Shown here: positions 35,116 through 44,763 of the stretch, in pieces
How positions within the stretch are numbered: position 1 is the stretch's first letter
Layout: each line of letters starts with the position of its first letter
Source: Candidatus Pacearchaeota archaeon
GTDB taxonomy: Archaea; Nanobdellota; Nanobdellia; Pacearchaeales; GW2011-AR1
Assembly: GCA_041649045.1 (NCBI GenBank)
Contig: JBAZNV010000003.1
Location: 24,515 to 88,514 of the forward strand
Direction: 5' to 3'
DNA length: 64,000 bases
Notes under the pieces: model-generated
Seen by the model: the letters and a program-made list of their open reading frames with translations, nothing else
The model's database searches: none
What the model was told of the DNA's origin: nothing
Position numbers and translations under genes: made by a program

Positions 35116-35856
35116 ATGAAAGAAAAAATATTATTTGAAAAAAAAACAAAAGAAGAATTGGCAGAATTTATTAATAAAAATAAAGAAAGAAAAATTATAA
35201 ACTTTTTAGATGCGCATACAATTTTTCACTCAGCGAATAACAAAAGTTTCAAAAAATGTTTTACAAATAAAAACTCAATTAATTGCATAGATGGCTTTCC
35301 CATTTCATTTTTTTTGTCTATAAAATCAATGAAAAGAATCCCAAGAAATCGTGGACCAACCTTTACCAGATATTTTTTAAATTCAGAATATTCTAAAAAT
35401 GCCAAGCATTTTTTTATCGGATTATCAGAAAAAGACCACAAACTTTTGAAAAGTAAACTGCCTCACTTAAAATACACTTATTGTTACAACCCACCTTATA
35501 TCAAAGACATCAGATTTCCAGAATCAGAAATAAATAATATGGCAAGTAAAATCAATAAAGTAAACCCCGATTATGTTTGGGTGGGCATTGGTAGCCCGAA
35601 ACAAAACATTTTATCAAGAGAGTTATTTGAAACAAAAGCAAAGTATTTCATAAATATAGGTGCGGCCTTGGACTTTTTACTCGGGAAAAAAGAAGAAGCC
35701 CCTCTTTTTATAAGAGAAATGGGGATCGAATGGTTTTATAGACTAATTAAGGATTTTAAATATTCTTATAAAAAAGTTTTAAGAGCCTTCATCGCCATGA
35801 GATACCTTAACACTATCGACATAGTTGACAACAAAAAATTCACTTATAATTTTTAG
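35116..35856 (+). CDS. WecB/TagA/CpsF-family glycosyltransferase (GT26)
   Basis: 246 aa. DGFPISFF, VWVGIGSPKQNILS and GAALDFLLGKKEEAPLFIREMGIEWFYRL are GT26 hallmarks. Confidence 0.8.
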   Translation: MKEKILFEKKTKEELAEFINKNKERKIINFLDAHTIFHSANNKSFKKCFTNKNSINCIDGFPISFFLSIKSMKRIPRNRGPTFTRYFLNSEYSKNAKHFFIGLSEKDHKLLKSKLPHLKYTYCYNPPYIKDIRFPESEINNMASKINKVNPDYVWVGIGSPKQNILSRELFETKAKYFINIGAALDFLLGKKEEAPLFIREMGIEWFYRLIKDFKYSYKKVLRAFIAMRYLNTIDIVDNKKFTYNF

Positions 35857-35907
35857 AACAAATTTTAGAACAAATAATTTTAAATAAGACCAAATCTCCG
35901 TTATGAC

Positions 35908-37152
35908 ATGATATTATATTTTGACAATCTGATAACAAACATTCCGCTAAACCCAGGTGTATATACCAAGCTCGATGAGATAAGAGACTCTTGCGCGGCT
36001 TATTCAACCAAAGATCGTTATGATGTTACATTATACACTCTTGCAAGTTATGCAGAATTTGATTGGGACGGGGTGGTAATAGTTTATGAATTTGGCGAGG
36101 ATATGATCAAACGGAAGAAAGAATTCGAAAAATTCGTGAAAAACCTTTGGCCCAAAGCTCACATATTCTACGGAAGAAGCGATAATCAAAAAAAATTTCA
36201 GGAAAGATTAAAATTTATTAATTCTTTGAAAAGCGACTGGATTTTTTACGCAGGAAATAACGATCACCCATTCGTCGCATCAAATAAAAAAATTTTTGAT
36301 CAATGCCTGAAAAAAGCCCAGGCCCTATCAAAGAAACATAAGTTCGTTTCAGTAACTTATTCTCATTTTTGGGAAACGTATAATATGTCAAAAAAAGGTG
36401 CTGCATATCGGGAGTTTATGCCCATGCGTCCAAAAATTTTAGAAGAAACAAAAGATTATTTTGTCTGTTTGTTTCATGAAATTTACGGCCATACTATCCA
36501 GATATTTAATAAAAATCTGATGAATTTTATGGTCTTTTCCGAAGACCTCGGAGATCAGACTTTTAGAAAGATTGAAGAAATAACCTGGCACGATAAATTA
36601 AAACATAAAAAAATAGATCAGGTAACAATAGTTCCCAAAGAAGTTATTTGCGACCATTTTGACGGTTACAATCACACAAAAAAATCCCCATTCCCAGTCC
36701 CCATAGAAATCTTCCCGCCACTATTTATTCCTAACGGATTTTTTGAAAATAAAATTAAAATTCGTTTCGGTTACGAAGACTATAAAGAAGGATGGGTAAA
36801 TATAAATCCTTTCAAGAAAAAATTTCGATTTCAGGATACAAAAAATGGAACTGACTTGAAAACTTTCATAGAAGACCTTCCTCTTTTTTGGAAGGCGCAT
36901 ATCTCAAAAATTGATGTTAATCCTGAATTAGACAATCGTCTTATTGAGAAAAAGAGACTTGAGATATTGCAAGCTATGAGAAATCCTTATGCGCCAATAA
37001 AAGAAAAAAGTTTTGGATACCGCTTGAAATATAAAATTGTTGCGGGGAACTACTTGCCCTATTTTTTAAAAAAATCTTTTAGGAATAATAACGTTGTTAA
37101 AAAAATCCGCAGAAAGTTTTTTAGTAACTTAAAAAAAGATTTTAGCGAATAG
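35908..37152 (+). CDS. hypothetical protein (414 aa) in a glycan cluster
   Basis: Long non-repetitive ORF with no motif I can assign. Located between the GT26 gene and the sugar C-methyltransferase gene. Confidence 0.55.
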   Translation: MILYFDNLITNIPLNPGVYTKLDEIRDSCAAYSTKDRYDVTLYTLASYAEFDWDGVVIVYEFGEDMIKRKKEFEKFVKNLWPKAHIFYGRSDNQKKFQERLKFINSLKSDWIFYAGNNDHPFVASNKKIFDQCLKKAQALSKKHKFVSVTYSHFWETYNMSKKGAAYREFMPMRPKILEETKDYFVCLFHEIYGHTIQIFNKNLMNFMVFSEDLGDQTFRKIEEITWHDKLKHKKIDQVTIVPKEVICDHFDGYNHTKKSPFPVPIEIFPPLFIPNGFFENKIKIRFGYEDYKEGWVNINPFKKKFRFQDTKNGTDLKTFIEDLPLFWKAHISKIDVNPELDNRLIEKKRLEILQAMRNPYAPIKEKSFGYRLKYKIVAGNYLPYFLKKSFRNNNVVKKIRRKFFSNLKKDFSE

Positions 37153-37432
37153 AGAATTGGAATAATTTTCTGTAATCTATTAGTAAACCAAAAGGAAGAA
37201 TTTCGCGAGGAACAATATTATCATTTTAGAATAACTGTTAAAATATTTTCTTTTATGAATAAAATTAGAAAAGTTTTTGAAAATTCTATGACGTATCATC
37301 AGCTTAGAGAATATTTGATACTCGCGCAAGTGTGTATTATTTTAATGGGGAGTTGCGTCAATCTATTTGGGGGAGCAGGGCTCGCCGATTTTCGAATTTT
37401 AAACTTATAAATATAATTTTAATTTTAAAATT

Positions 37433-38596
37433 TTATAAAAATACACATTCAATATTTTTGTTTATTCCTCTTATCTGCTCGTAAACTTCCTGATTGAATT
37501 GCACCACATTCAGGAATATTCTTATATTATCACTATTAGATTTTATAATATCTTCAGGTTTTCTGCATATTAAATCTGTCCCGTAAAGTCTTTTGTTTTG
37601 TTTTGGTGGGCTATTATCCAATACTCCTTTGAAAACTTTTTCATCCAGCCCATAAGCGAAAAGTTGATGCGCAATAAGGCTCGCACCGAAAAGCCAATTT
37701 TCTTTGTCGGGTTTTGCATAAGTCTTGACTTTATTTATTCTCTCAATTATTCTCTGCCCAAATTGATCAATCATCCTTCTTGTGTACTCTTTCAAATCGC
37801 TAATCTCAAACATTGCAGGCTCATTTGTCTTTTCGCCAACTATCTGTATTGCGTAATCAATATAAAATGAAATTTCTTTTATTTTAAATCCATGTTTTAA
37901 ATAAAGTTGAATCCAGTGAAGATTGGTGCATACTGATGTATGCTCGAGATTAATCACATTTCCAAAACCCTTAGAAAAATTATACTCTTGGTTTGGGACT
38001 GTAGTTATTAGTAACCCGCCGTCCTTCAACGCTTTTCTCGCATTAATAAAATATTCATTATAATCCATGAAATGCTCCAAAGTGTGGCACGAAACTATTG
38101 TGTCAAAAGTCCCCTCAAGTTCCTTTGCGGTCTTGCTGTTAAAAAGACCATTATGAACAACAACATTTTCTTTGGGACCAAAATATAATGGGTCAAAAAC
38201 TTCTACTCCAGTCTTGTAATGCTTCAAAAGTCTTTCAATGACTTTCCCCGGACCTGCGCCAATTTCTAAAAGCCTTCCTCCCTTATGGTATTTTTTTATA
38301 AGTTCAAACAACGAATTGTACTGACCTTCCCAAAGTTTTCCTATTCCGTCGGCATGAAAAATTTTATATAAAACCTCAGGATCAACAATATCTTTTAGAG
38401 TTATCAGACCACAATCTTCACAAAGACATATATTCATCGGCGCAAACTCATCTTCCTCCTTTGGCGTGTCGACACATACAGGCAAAACTGGCATCATTAT
38501 ATTTGCGTGCGGCGGTATAGCCTCGGAAAGATTTTTGGAATGACAAAAAGGACACTCTATTCTTCTTGTAAGATGTTTTGCTATTTCAATTTTCAT
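37433..38596 (-). CDS. SAM-dependent C-methyltransferase of the NDP-hexose C-methyltransferase (TylCIII-like) architecture
   Basis: 387 aa. N-terminal Zn-ribbon CPFCHS...CEDCG, class I MTase motif LLEIGAGPGK, and a C-terminal extension as in sugar C-methyltransferases. Confidence 0.75.
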   Translation of the reverse strand: MKIEIAKHLTRRIECPFCHSKNLSEAIPPHANIMMPVLPVCVDTPKEEDEFAPMNICLCEDCGLITLKDIVDPEVLYKIFHADGIGKLWEGQYNSLFELIKKYHKGGRLLEIGAGPGKVIERLLKHYKTGVEVFDPLYFGPKENVVVHNGLFNSKTAKELEGTFDTIVSCHTLEHFMDYNEYFINARKALKDGGLLITTVPNQEYNFSKGFGNVINLEHTSVCTNLHWIQLYLKHGFKIKEISFYIDYAIQIVGEKTNEPAMFEISDLKEYTRRMIDQFGQRIIERINKVKTYAKPDKENWLFGASLIAHQLFAYGLDEKVFKGVLDNSPPKQNKRLYGTDLICRKPEDIIKSNSDNIRIFLNVVQFNQEVYEQIRGINKNIECVFL

Positions 38597-38818
38597 ACCA
38601 TTAGAAAATTGAAAGGTTTATAAGTTTTATTATCATATAAAGAAGGTATTAAATATTTTAGATATAATGTAATAATATTTTCATTTAATGATCTATTGAA
38701 TAATTTCATATAAAAATATTATAAAATATCTTTTTAAATCTTTTGACTTTATATTAATTATAAAATGGTATCAAATTAATATACAAATCCTTTTAAATTA
38801 CATATTTATATCGAAAAT

Positions 38819-39562
38819 ATGAAATACGAGAATACTCCTTATTCGTTCGAGGGAAAGACTATGCTTGTAACGGGTTCTTCAAGAGGCATTGGCGCCGCAA
38901 CAGCAAGGTTGGCAAAACAATATGGAGCAAAAGTTATTCTACACGGGAAAACAGATTCGCAGCCACTTAAAGATTTGGCAAAAGAGTTAGACTCGGGATA
39001 TATTTTTTGCGATGCTGCAGATGAATGGGCTATCATAAGAGAAGTGGGTAAACTTGGAGGGATTGATATCTTGGTGAATAATGCAGGTATAAATCCTTCA
39101 AAAAAATTTATGGATTTAACTAACGATGATTGGTCAAGGATTTATTCTGTAAATTTGATGGGTCCCGTTAATTTTTCAAGAGCTGTTATTCCTGGGATGC
39201 AAGACAGAGGGCATGGAAGAATAATCAATATCTCTTCCGCTAAAGGTTATAACCACGTTACTGGCAAACCTGCGTATGCAGCTTCAAAAGCGGCACTTAT
39301 GAGACTGACTACAAGCATGGCTCAGGAATTTGCGCCACATATATTAGTGAATTCTGTCGCGCCAGGTTTTACTAAAACAGAAATGACTGCAGGCACAATG
39401 TCCCCACAAATTCAGGGGCAAATAGATAAAATTCCACTTAGAAGAATGGCTAATGCAAGAGAAATCGCCGAAGTAGTTTTATTTTTAGCAAGTGATAATG
39501 CAAGTTATATCACCGGTCAAACGATTGCGGTTGATGGAGGTTTTAGTATAATTAGCGGATAA
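38819..39562 (+). CDS. short-chain dehydrogenase/reductase (FabG-like)
   Basis: 247 aa. TGSSRGIGAATA (cofactor site), NNAGI, and catalytic Y-x3-K in YAASKAAL. Confidence 0.88.
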   Translation: MKYENTPYSFEGKTMLVTGSSRGIGAATARLAKQYGAKVILHGKTDSQPLKDLAKELDSGYIFCDAADEWAIIREVGKLGGIDILVNNAGINPSKKFMDLTNDDWSRIYSVNLMGPVNFSRAVIPGMQDRGHGRIINISSAKGYNHVTGKPAYAASKAALMRLTTSMAQEFAPHILVNSVAPGFTKTEMTAGTMSPQIQGQIDKIPLRRMANAREIAEVVLFLASDNASYITGQTIAVDGGFSIISG

Positions 39563-39563
39563 A

Positions 39564-40031
39564 ATGAAAATTAATTTAATACTTGATGTTGATGGAGTCA
39601 TGACCACGGGACAATTTTTATATTCAGAAGAAGGTAAAAGATACAAAATTTTTGGCCCACACGATGCCGACGGACTTAAGTTAATTAGAGACAAAGTGAA
39701 TATAACCTTTATTAGTGCTGACAAAAGGGGCTTTGCTATCTCAAAAAAGCGAATAGATGACATGGGTTACAAATTATTGCAAGTTTCAGAAGGAGACAGA
39801 TATAAGTTCATAAAAGAAAATTTTGGTTTTGAGAACACAATCTACATTGGGGACGGCATATTCGATGCCTTTATTATTAGAGATTGTAAGTTCGGAATAG
39901 CACCAGCAAATGCACGCATTGAAGCCCGAAAATTCGCAAAATTCGTCACACCATCTAAATCCGGCGAAGGAGCAGTATGTGACGCCTGTATAAAGATCAA
40001 TAAAACTTTTTTCGGTGCAGGAAAAATATAA
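39564..40031 (+). CDS. HAD-IIIA phosphatase, KdsC-like (sugar-acid/sugar phosphate phosphatase)
   Basis: 155 aa. LDVDGVMTTG (DxDGV motif I), DGLKLI, and YIGDGIFDAFIIRDCKFGIAPANA as in KdsC-family 8-phosphate phosphatases. Confidence 0.72.
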   Translation: MKINLILDVDGVMTTGQFLYSEEGKRYKIFGPHDADGLKLIRDKVNITFISADKRGFAISKKRIDDMGYKLLQVSEGDRYKFIKENFGFENTIYIGDGIFDAFIIRDCKFGIAPANARIEARKFAKFVTPSKSGEGAVCDACIKINKTFFGAGKI

Positions 40032-40091
40032 TGTCATTTTAAAGTAATACTTTAAGAAAAGGTTTATATAGAGTTTTAATTTTGAATTATT

Positions 40092-40886
40092 ATGCGAGAA
40101 GAAGTAAAAGGTTTGGAGGAACGCCTTAAGGACGCAACTCTCTCAAAAGCCCAAAGAAGAAGATTGTCAAGAAAGATTGGAATAATGAAATATCGCGAAG
40201 GTGAACATGATGCTGAACATGCTTCATTTGAAGGGGCGAGAGGGATGTATGTTGGCAGTTTTAGTATGGCTATCAAAAGTTATGAAAGCGCGGCAAGGTA
40301 TTTTATAAGAGCAAAAAAACCAAAACGTGTGTTAGATTGTTATAGGTCTGCTATTGCTATAGCAGAGCAAATTCCTGTTTCTAATAACACCTATAATCAA
40401 TTAGGTGCCTATATGGGTAAAAAAAATCTCCTGGAGAGGATTAATAGAAAGGCTTTACGAATAGCAAGGGTTGCGAACCTGCGATTTAATCCTGCAGAGA
40501 TTCCTTTTGATGAAAGACTTGAAGAAATGGAAGAGAGTTTTCATTATGGAGAGAAGATATCGGATAAATTTAGTAGAAAAGAAAAACCCTTTGAAGAATC
40601 ACTAAGAGAACTTTTAGAAAGATTAAATGAAAATTACGATCCTTCAATAAAAATCCATCTTTGGGGAACAACACCTGACGAATTAGGGATTAAATTAACC
40701 CTTTATAGCTCTGTTTTCTTGAATAGATCAAACTTACCCAAAGAAGGGGACAGTAGAAGAGTGGAGTATGCTAAGATATCGTCAGGGAGCGATAATGGTG
40801 TTTTTAGCTTCGTAAGAGTACCTGTAAGAATTGTTGAATTTGAAACATACATCCCGAAAGAAAAGTTAAGAGAAATATTCGGATAG
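40092..40886 (+). CDS. hypothetical protein
   Basis: 264-aa ORF. The N-terminal half looks helical and the rest is unassigned. Confidence 0.5.
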   Translation: MREEVKGLEERLKDATLSKAQRRRLSRKIGIMKYREGEHDAEHASFEGARGMYVGSFSMAIKSYESAARYFIRAKKPKRVLDCYRSAIAIAEQIPVSNNTYNQLGAYMGKKNLLERINRKALRIARVANLRFNPAEIPFDERLEEMEESFHYGEKISDKFSRKEKPFEESLRELLERLNENYDPSIKIHLWGTTPDELGIKLTLYSSVFLNRSNLPKEGDSRRVEYAKISSGSDNGVFSFVRVPVRIVEFETYIPKEKLREIFG

Positions 40887-41073
40887 AATATCGTTTTTCT
40901 AACAATTTGGTAGCAATCTTATCACTTGCCAAGTAAATGAGTATAAAACAAATAATAACCCATACATCCGTAAATAATTTCTAAATAGCAATTCTTTTTC
41001 GACGGCAAAATTTAGTGTCATTATAATATTACAACAAACAAATGTTTATAAATCAGTATAATCTGATAAAATT

Positions 41074-41736
41074 ATGGCACAAATAGACAGTACAAAAATT
41101 CAAAAAATATTTGATTACGTTTACTCGCCAACTTCTCCCTTAACAAAGGCGAATGGGAATTTGGTTTTTGGAAGATGGGATCCCTTAGTTGCACAAAGAG
41201 CCGGAGAAATTTATAAACAAGGATTAGTAGATTATTCAATGTTTGTTGGGGGCATAGGAAAAGATTCAGGAGTTTTAACCCAGTTAAATCTACCTGAGGC
41301 TACTTGGCAGGCAGCGTTAGGAAATATTTTCTATGGCATTCCTGCAAATACAATTTATACCGAACCAAGACCAACTAATGGGGGAGAGGCCGCAAGAATG
41401 GTGATCGAGGATTTGGTAGAATTAGAATCAAATAAGGGCCTAAAACATGACGGATTAATAATTCTTATACACCCTACAGCATCAAGAAGAATGAGGGCGA
41501 TAATGGACTTAACCAGAGATCAAAAGGGATTTAATACTTCTTATCAAAATGCAGGAAGTAATTACATTTTCAATTCAAAAAATCCAGTTGATCAAAAAGA
41601 AGCTGTGATGGAATTAGTAAAGCTCGCCGATTGGCCTGCAAAAAACTGGTGCGCCAAACAAAATGATCTGCCTGAAGATTTAGTTGCATACGCAAAGGAA
41701 GTATTACCGGTCGTAACTACGTCAGATTTTTGTTAA
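41074..41736 (+). CDS. DUF218 (YdcF/ElyC-like) domain protein
   Basis: 220 aa. LVFGRWDP..VAQRAGEIYKQGLVDYSMFVGGIGKDSG ... IYTEPRPTNGGEAARM follows the DUF218 pattern (vlG..., sGG..., E..S.nT.eNa). Assigned by pattern memory only. Confidence 0.45.
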   Translation: MAQIDSTKIQKIFDYVYSPTSPLTKANGNLVFGRWDPLVAQRAGEIYKQGLVDYSMFVGGIGKDSGVLTQLNLPEATWQAALGNIFYGIPANTIYTEPRPTNGGEAARMVIEDLVELESNKGLKHDGLIILIHPTASRRMRAIMDLTRDQKGFNTSYQNAGSNYIFNSKNPVDQKEAVMELVKLADWPAKNWCAKQNDLPEDLVAYAKEVLPVVTTSDFC

Positions 41737-41815
41737 ACTTTTATTAAATTTATAAACAGTAGTGTTTTTCCATAACCGCTACAGTTAAAGAGATTATTAA
41801 GATTAAAATATATTT

Positions 41816-42520
41816 TTATTCACCAGTATAACTTTCGCCATCAGGATAGTTCTTCATTGCGTGGGAATAAGATTCAGGAGTTCCCGTATCAAACCAAGAA
41901 AAAGTTTTTGATTTCAAACCTTCCTTCAAAAGAGCCTGCAAACCATTCGAAACCTGAATCTCTCCTTTGATTGCAGTTTTATTTTTTTCTAAAGCATCCC
42001 AAAAAATATCATAATCTTTTACGCCGAGCAAACCAATATACGCATGTTCATTATCATTTTTTACCTTATCATCAATTCTGCTTATTATTCCCTCTTCATC
42101 AATTTTTACTGAACAGAACCTTTCCGGATTTGCTACTTCAGCAACACCTAACCAGTTCTCTTCAGGTTCTGGGATTTCTTCAATTACTAACGTGTCCCCG
42201 GCAACATGTATAAAAGGACACATTAAGTGATTCTTGCAAGAATAAAGAGAAAAACCAGGTCCAGAACCTTCGCCTATGTAAGGATTAACTTCAACAAAAG
42301 TCAATTTTCTTTCAGGGTAAGCCGTCTTAAGATAGGTAACCAACCCTTCTTTTTTGTAACCTACAGCAATTACAATCTCGATCTCATCTGGAAACATTTC
42401 AATTATATGACAAATTGTTGGTTTTCCTTTTAGAGGAAGCAAAACTTTGTTAAGATGTTCACTAAATTCTTTCATCCTGCCGCCAACCCCTGCCGCAAGA
42501 ATGCATACTTTGTATTCCAT
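41816..42520 (-). CDS. sugar-phosphate nucleotidyltransferase (GT-A-like NTP-transferase fold)
   Basis: 234 aa. MEYKVCILAAGVGGRM (G-x-G-x-R loop). Clearly paralogous to the N-terminal domain of ORF 44764-46395 (shared YKVCILAAG, EIEIVIA, GSGPG, CPFI, IPEP..NW.GV). Confidence 0.75.
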   Translation of the reverse strand: MEYKVCILAAGVGGRMKEFSEHLNKVLLPLKGKPTICHIIEMFPDEIEIVIAVGYKKEGLVTYLKTAYPERKLTFVEVNPYIGEGSGPGFSLYSCKNHLMCPFIHVAGDTLVIEEIPEPEENWLGVAEVANPERFCSVKIDEEGIISRIDDKVKNDNEHAYIGLLGVKDYDIFWDALEKNKTAIKGEIQVSNGLQALLKEGLKSKTFSWFDTGTPESYSHAMKNYPDGESYTGE

Positions 42521-42632
42521 TAATTTTTTTATTTAATAGAACTTATAAAACTTTCGACATATAAACCTATATGTTACATTATAACCTTTATATAATAGCA
42601 ATCTTTATAAAAGCTCTTCATATAAAATTTTT

Positions 42633-43361
42633 ATGATAAACTATCAATTTAAGTCTCCTTGTAGTTACGATTCTGCAGTTTCACAGTTAGCAACATATTT
42701 GTCTGAACGTAAAAGTACAGCAGTAACTCCCCACGTGATATTAGTAGGTATTTCAGGGCTTTCTCAATCAGGAAAGACTACCTTTGCAAATTCTTTGGAA
42801 GAGGTTTTAGGAAATGTTGTTTCTATCGATGGAGATAAATATCAACCCGGAAGAGAAGTTGGAATGCCGATCTATAAAGAAGCGATTGAAGCAGCAAGAC
42901 AAGGAAGATTAGATCCTAATTTTCATCACCAGGTTTGGAACTATCAAGCGATGAAAGAACAAATTTTTGATCCAATTGCTCAGTTCAATCAATCCCCGGA
43001 TTATAGAATTACTTTGCAACTAAGGAATGTAATGAACGTTGCAACAAAAAGGAGTGATTCAATGCACGATGAAACAGTCGAGGTTAATAAAGATCAGACA
43101 CTAATTATGCCATTTATGTATCAAGGTCACTTAGGAGAACAGTTTGACTACAGGATAAGGCTGTTAATCACTCCGCAAACATCTGTTGATAGAAAGATTG
43201 CAAGAGATTTAGCAAAAGGAGTTCAAAGAGATCCAAAAACAACAATGGAGATGGTACAGTTAGTCGAATTCCCTGCAATGCAACATGAAGAAGAAGAATT
43301 CCCCTTAAGAAATGTTATAAAGCTTGACACGAACGATTTTACAAACATTAAGTTTCTTTAA
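42633..43361 (+). CDS. P-loop kinase, uridine-kinase/PRK-like
   Basis: 242 aa. Walker A ILVGISGLSQSGKTTFANSL. The rest is weakly PRK/uridine-kinase-like. Substrate unknown. Confidence 0.55.
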   Translation: MINYQFKSPCSYDSAVSQLATYLSERKSTAVTPHVILVGISGLSQSGKTTFANSLEEVLGNVVSIDGDKYQPGREVGMPIYKEAIEAARQGRLDPNFHHQVWNYQAMKEQIFDPIAQFNQSPDYRITLQLRNVMNVATKRSDSMHDETVEVNKDQTLIMPFMYQGHLGEQFDYRIRLLITPQTSVDRKIARDLAKGVQRDPKTTMEMVQLVEFPAMQHEEEEFPLRNVIKLDTNDFTNIKFL

Positions 43362-43385
43362 GAATATAGTTAATTGGATTTAATT

Positions 43386-44306
43386 TTATTCTCTTACTGC
43401 AATAGCAACGATGTCTTCCAATTTTTTCAAATTTTCATTACTATTTGCCCCTATCACCATATCTGCATTTTCTATATCTTCTGGACTTTCTAATTTATAT
43501 AATTCTCTTTCTTTAGAAATACCATAACATCTTGCAGCTCCTTCAGCTTCTGTAATATGAAGCATGCTTGCAACATCCCATGGTCCTCCTATCGCTGTAG
43601 ATATGCATCCAACAAGTGTCGGTCTTCCTGTAGCAACCAAAGCATATTGTACGCTGCTGTTTACGCAGCCTTCCTTTCCCCCAGCATCTTCAATCTGATC
43701 ACTTAAAGATCTTCTTCCTGATTGAGTTAAAATCTGCTTTCTTGTTCCATCTTTTAATTTTCTTTTGAACGGATGAAAGACATCCACTAAAACTCTCGAA
43801 CCATCCAAACCTTCTTTCTTATTTACGCCAATTTTTTGATCGTCATAAAGCCAGTTATGCTCGTCATAATCATAAACATTAAACCACGCACCTTTTTCTT
43901 CAGAAGAAAACCAAAATCTCCCAGTAGAAGGTTCCATCGTAGCCACAGCCAAAATTTTTTTGCGGGAACTGTCATATAAATCCAAAACTATTGCAGGTCC
44001 AGATCCACCGACCAAAAAAATTCCGGTTCCATCAAGAGGGTCGTGATGAATCTTTATTTTAGACCCTAGACCTCCCGAGTCTTCATCAGATTCTTCTTGG
44101 CTCAATCTTATCCCAGGATATCCATCTAAAATTATTGACTTTGTAATTTTTTGGCTTTCTCTATCAACTATCGTAACTGCAGTTTTATCTCCTTTAATGA
44201 GGTATTCTGATAAATCAACTTCACCTCTTATTGCTCCAACAATATACTTTGCTGCAGGAATGAGAGCTCTTGCCGAAACTTCTCTAAAATGTTCATAGGT
44301 ATTCAT
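43386..44306 (-). CDS. inositol monophosphatase/FBPase-family phosphatase
   Basis: 306 aa. HHDPLDGTGIF (the DP[IL]DGT metal motif) and GGPWDVASMLHITEAEGA (the WD.AA...EAGG motif). Confidence 0.7.
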   Translation of the reverse strand: MNTYEHFREVSARALIPAAKYIVGAIRGEVDLSEYLIKGDKTAVTIVDRESQKITKSIILDGYPGIRLSQEESDEDSGGLGSKIKIHHDPLDGTGIFLVGGSGPAIVLDLYDSSRKKILAVATMEPSTGRFWFSSEEKGAWFNVYDYDEHNWLYDDQKIGVNKKEGLDGSRVLVDVFHPFKRKLKDGTRKQILTQSGRRSLSDQIEDAGGKEGCVNSSVQYALVATGRPTLVGCISTAIGGPWDVASMLHITEAEGAARCYGISKERELYKLESPEDIENADMVIGANSNENLKKLEDIVAIAVRE

Positions 44307-44353
44307 TGATTTTTTATTTAGAAGATCTTTTTAAATATTCGTATGTTTTTATT

Positions 44354-44677
44354 TTATGAATAAAATTTTTTCTTCCAATCAAAGATTGTTTTTCTTGATA
44401 CTCTTACTTTAAAAGTTCGGTTTAAATTATAAACTACTTGACCTAAGCTATATCCATTTCGCATAAGACTAACCGCTGTTTTTATTATAATCGCCGGATG
44501 TCTAAATCTTTTAAAACCATCATTTGGTGTAAATTTTTTGCAACAATTTTTACAGAAATATATTGGTTTTTCTATTTTTTTATTTTTGCGGAGTTGTGCA
44601 ATCCGAGTCTTTTCCGAATTACAATAAACACATTGAGCTGTAGATCCAAATATTTCCATGTTAAGCAAATCAGTCAA
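44354..44677 (-). CDS. transposase-like Zn-ribbon plus HTH protein (N-terminal module of IS1/IS6-type archaeal transposases) with no DDE domain
   Basis: 107 aa. CVYCNSEK...YFCKNCCKKFTPNDGF (Zn ribbon), then IIIKTAVSLMRNGYSLGQVVYNLNRTFKVRVSRKTIFDWKKKF (HTH ending in W..KF). The ORF stops where a DDE catalytic domain would begin. Confidence 0.5.
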   Translation of the reverse strand: MTDLLNMEIFGSTAQCVYCNSEKTRIAQLRKNKKIEKPIYFCKNCCKKFTPNDGFKRFRHPAIIIKTAVSLMRNGYSLGQVVYNLNRTFKVRVSRKTIFDWKKKFYS

Positions 44678-44763
44678 ATCTTTATAAAAATATCGTTAAC
44701 TAAACACAAGTTTATATAGTAAAACCTTCCTTTATCCCCAGCAATAAAAAAAGTGAAAAAAAG

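Noticed and set aside
37255-37410. 51-aa plus-strand ORF (MNKIRKVFENSMTYHQLREYLILAQ...) in the 280-bp spacer, faintly like the recognition helix of small archaeal winged-helix regulators.
   Set aside because: It is too short, and its hydrophobic C-terminal half is unlike a wHTH. At best it is a remnant, and the support is not enough to call a feature.
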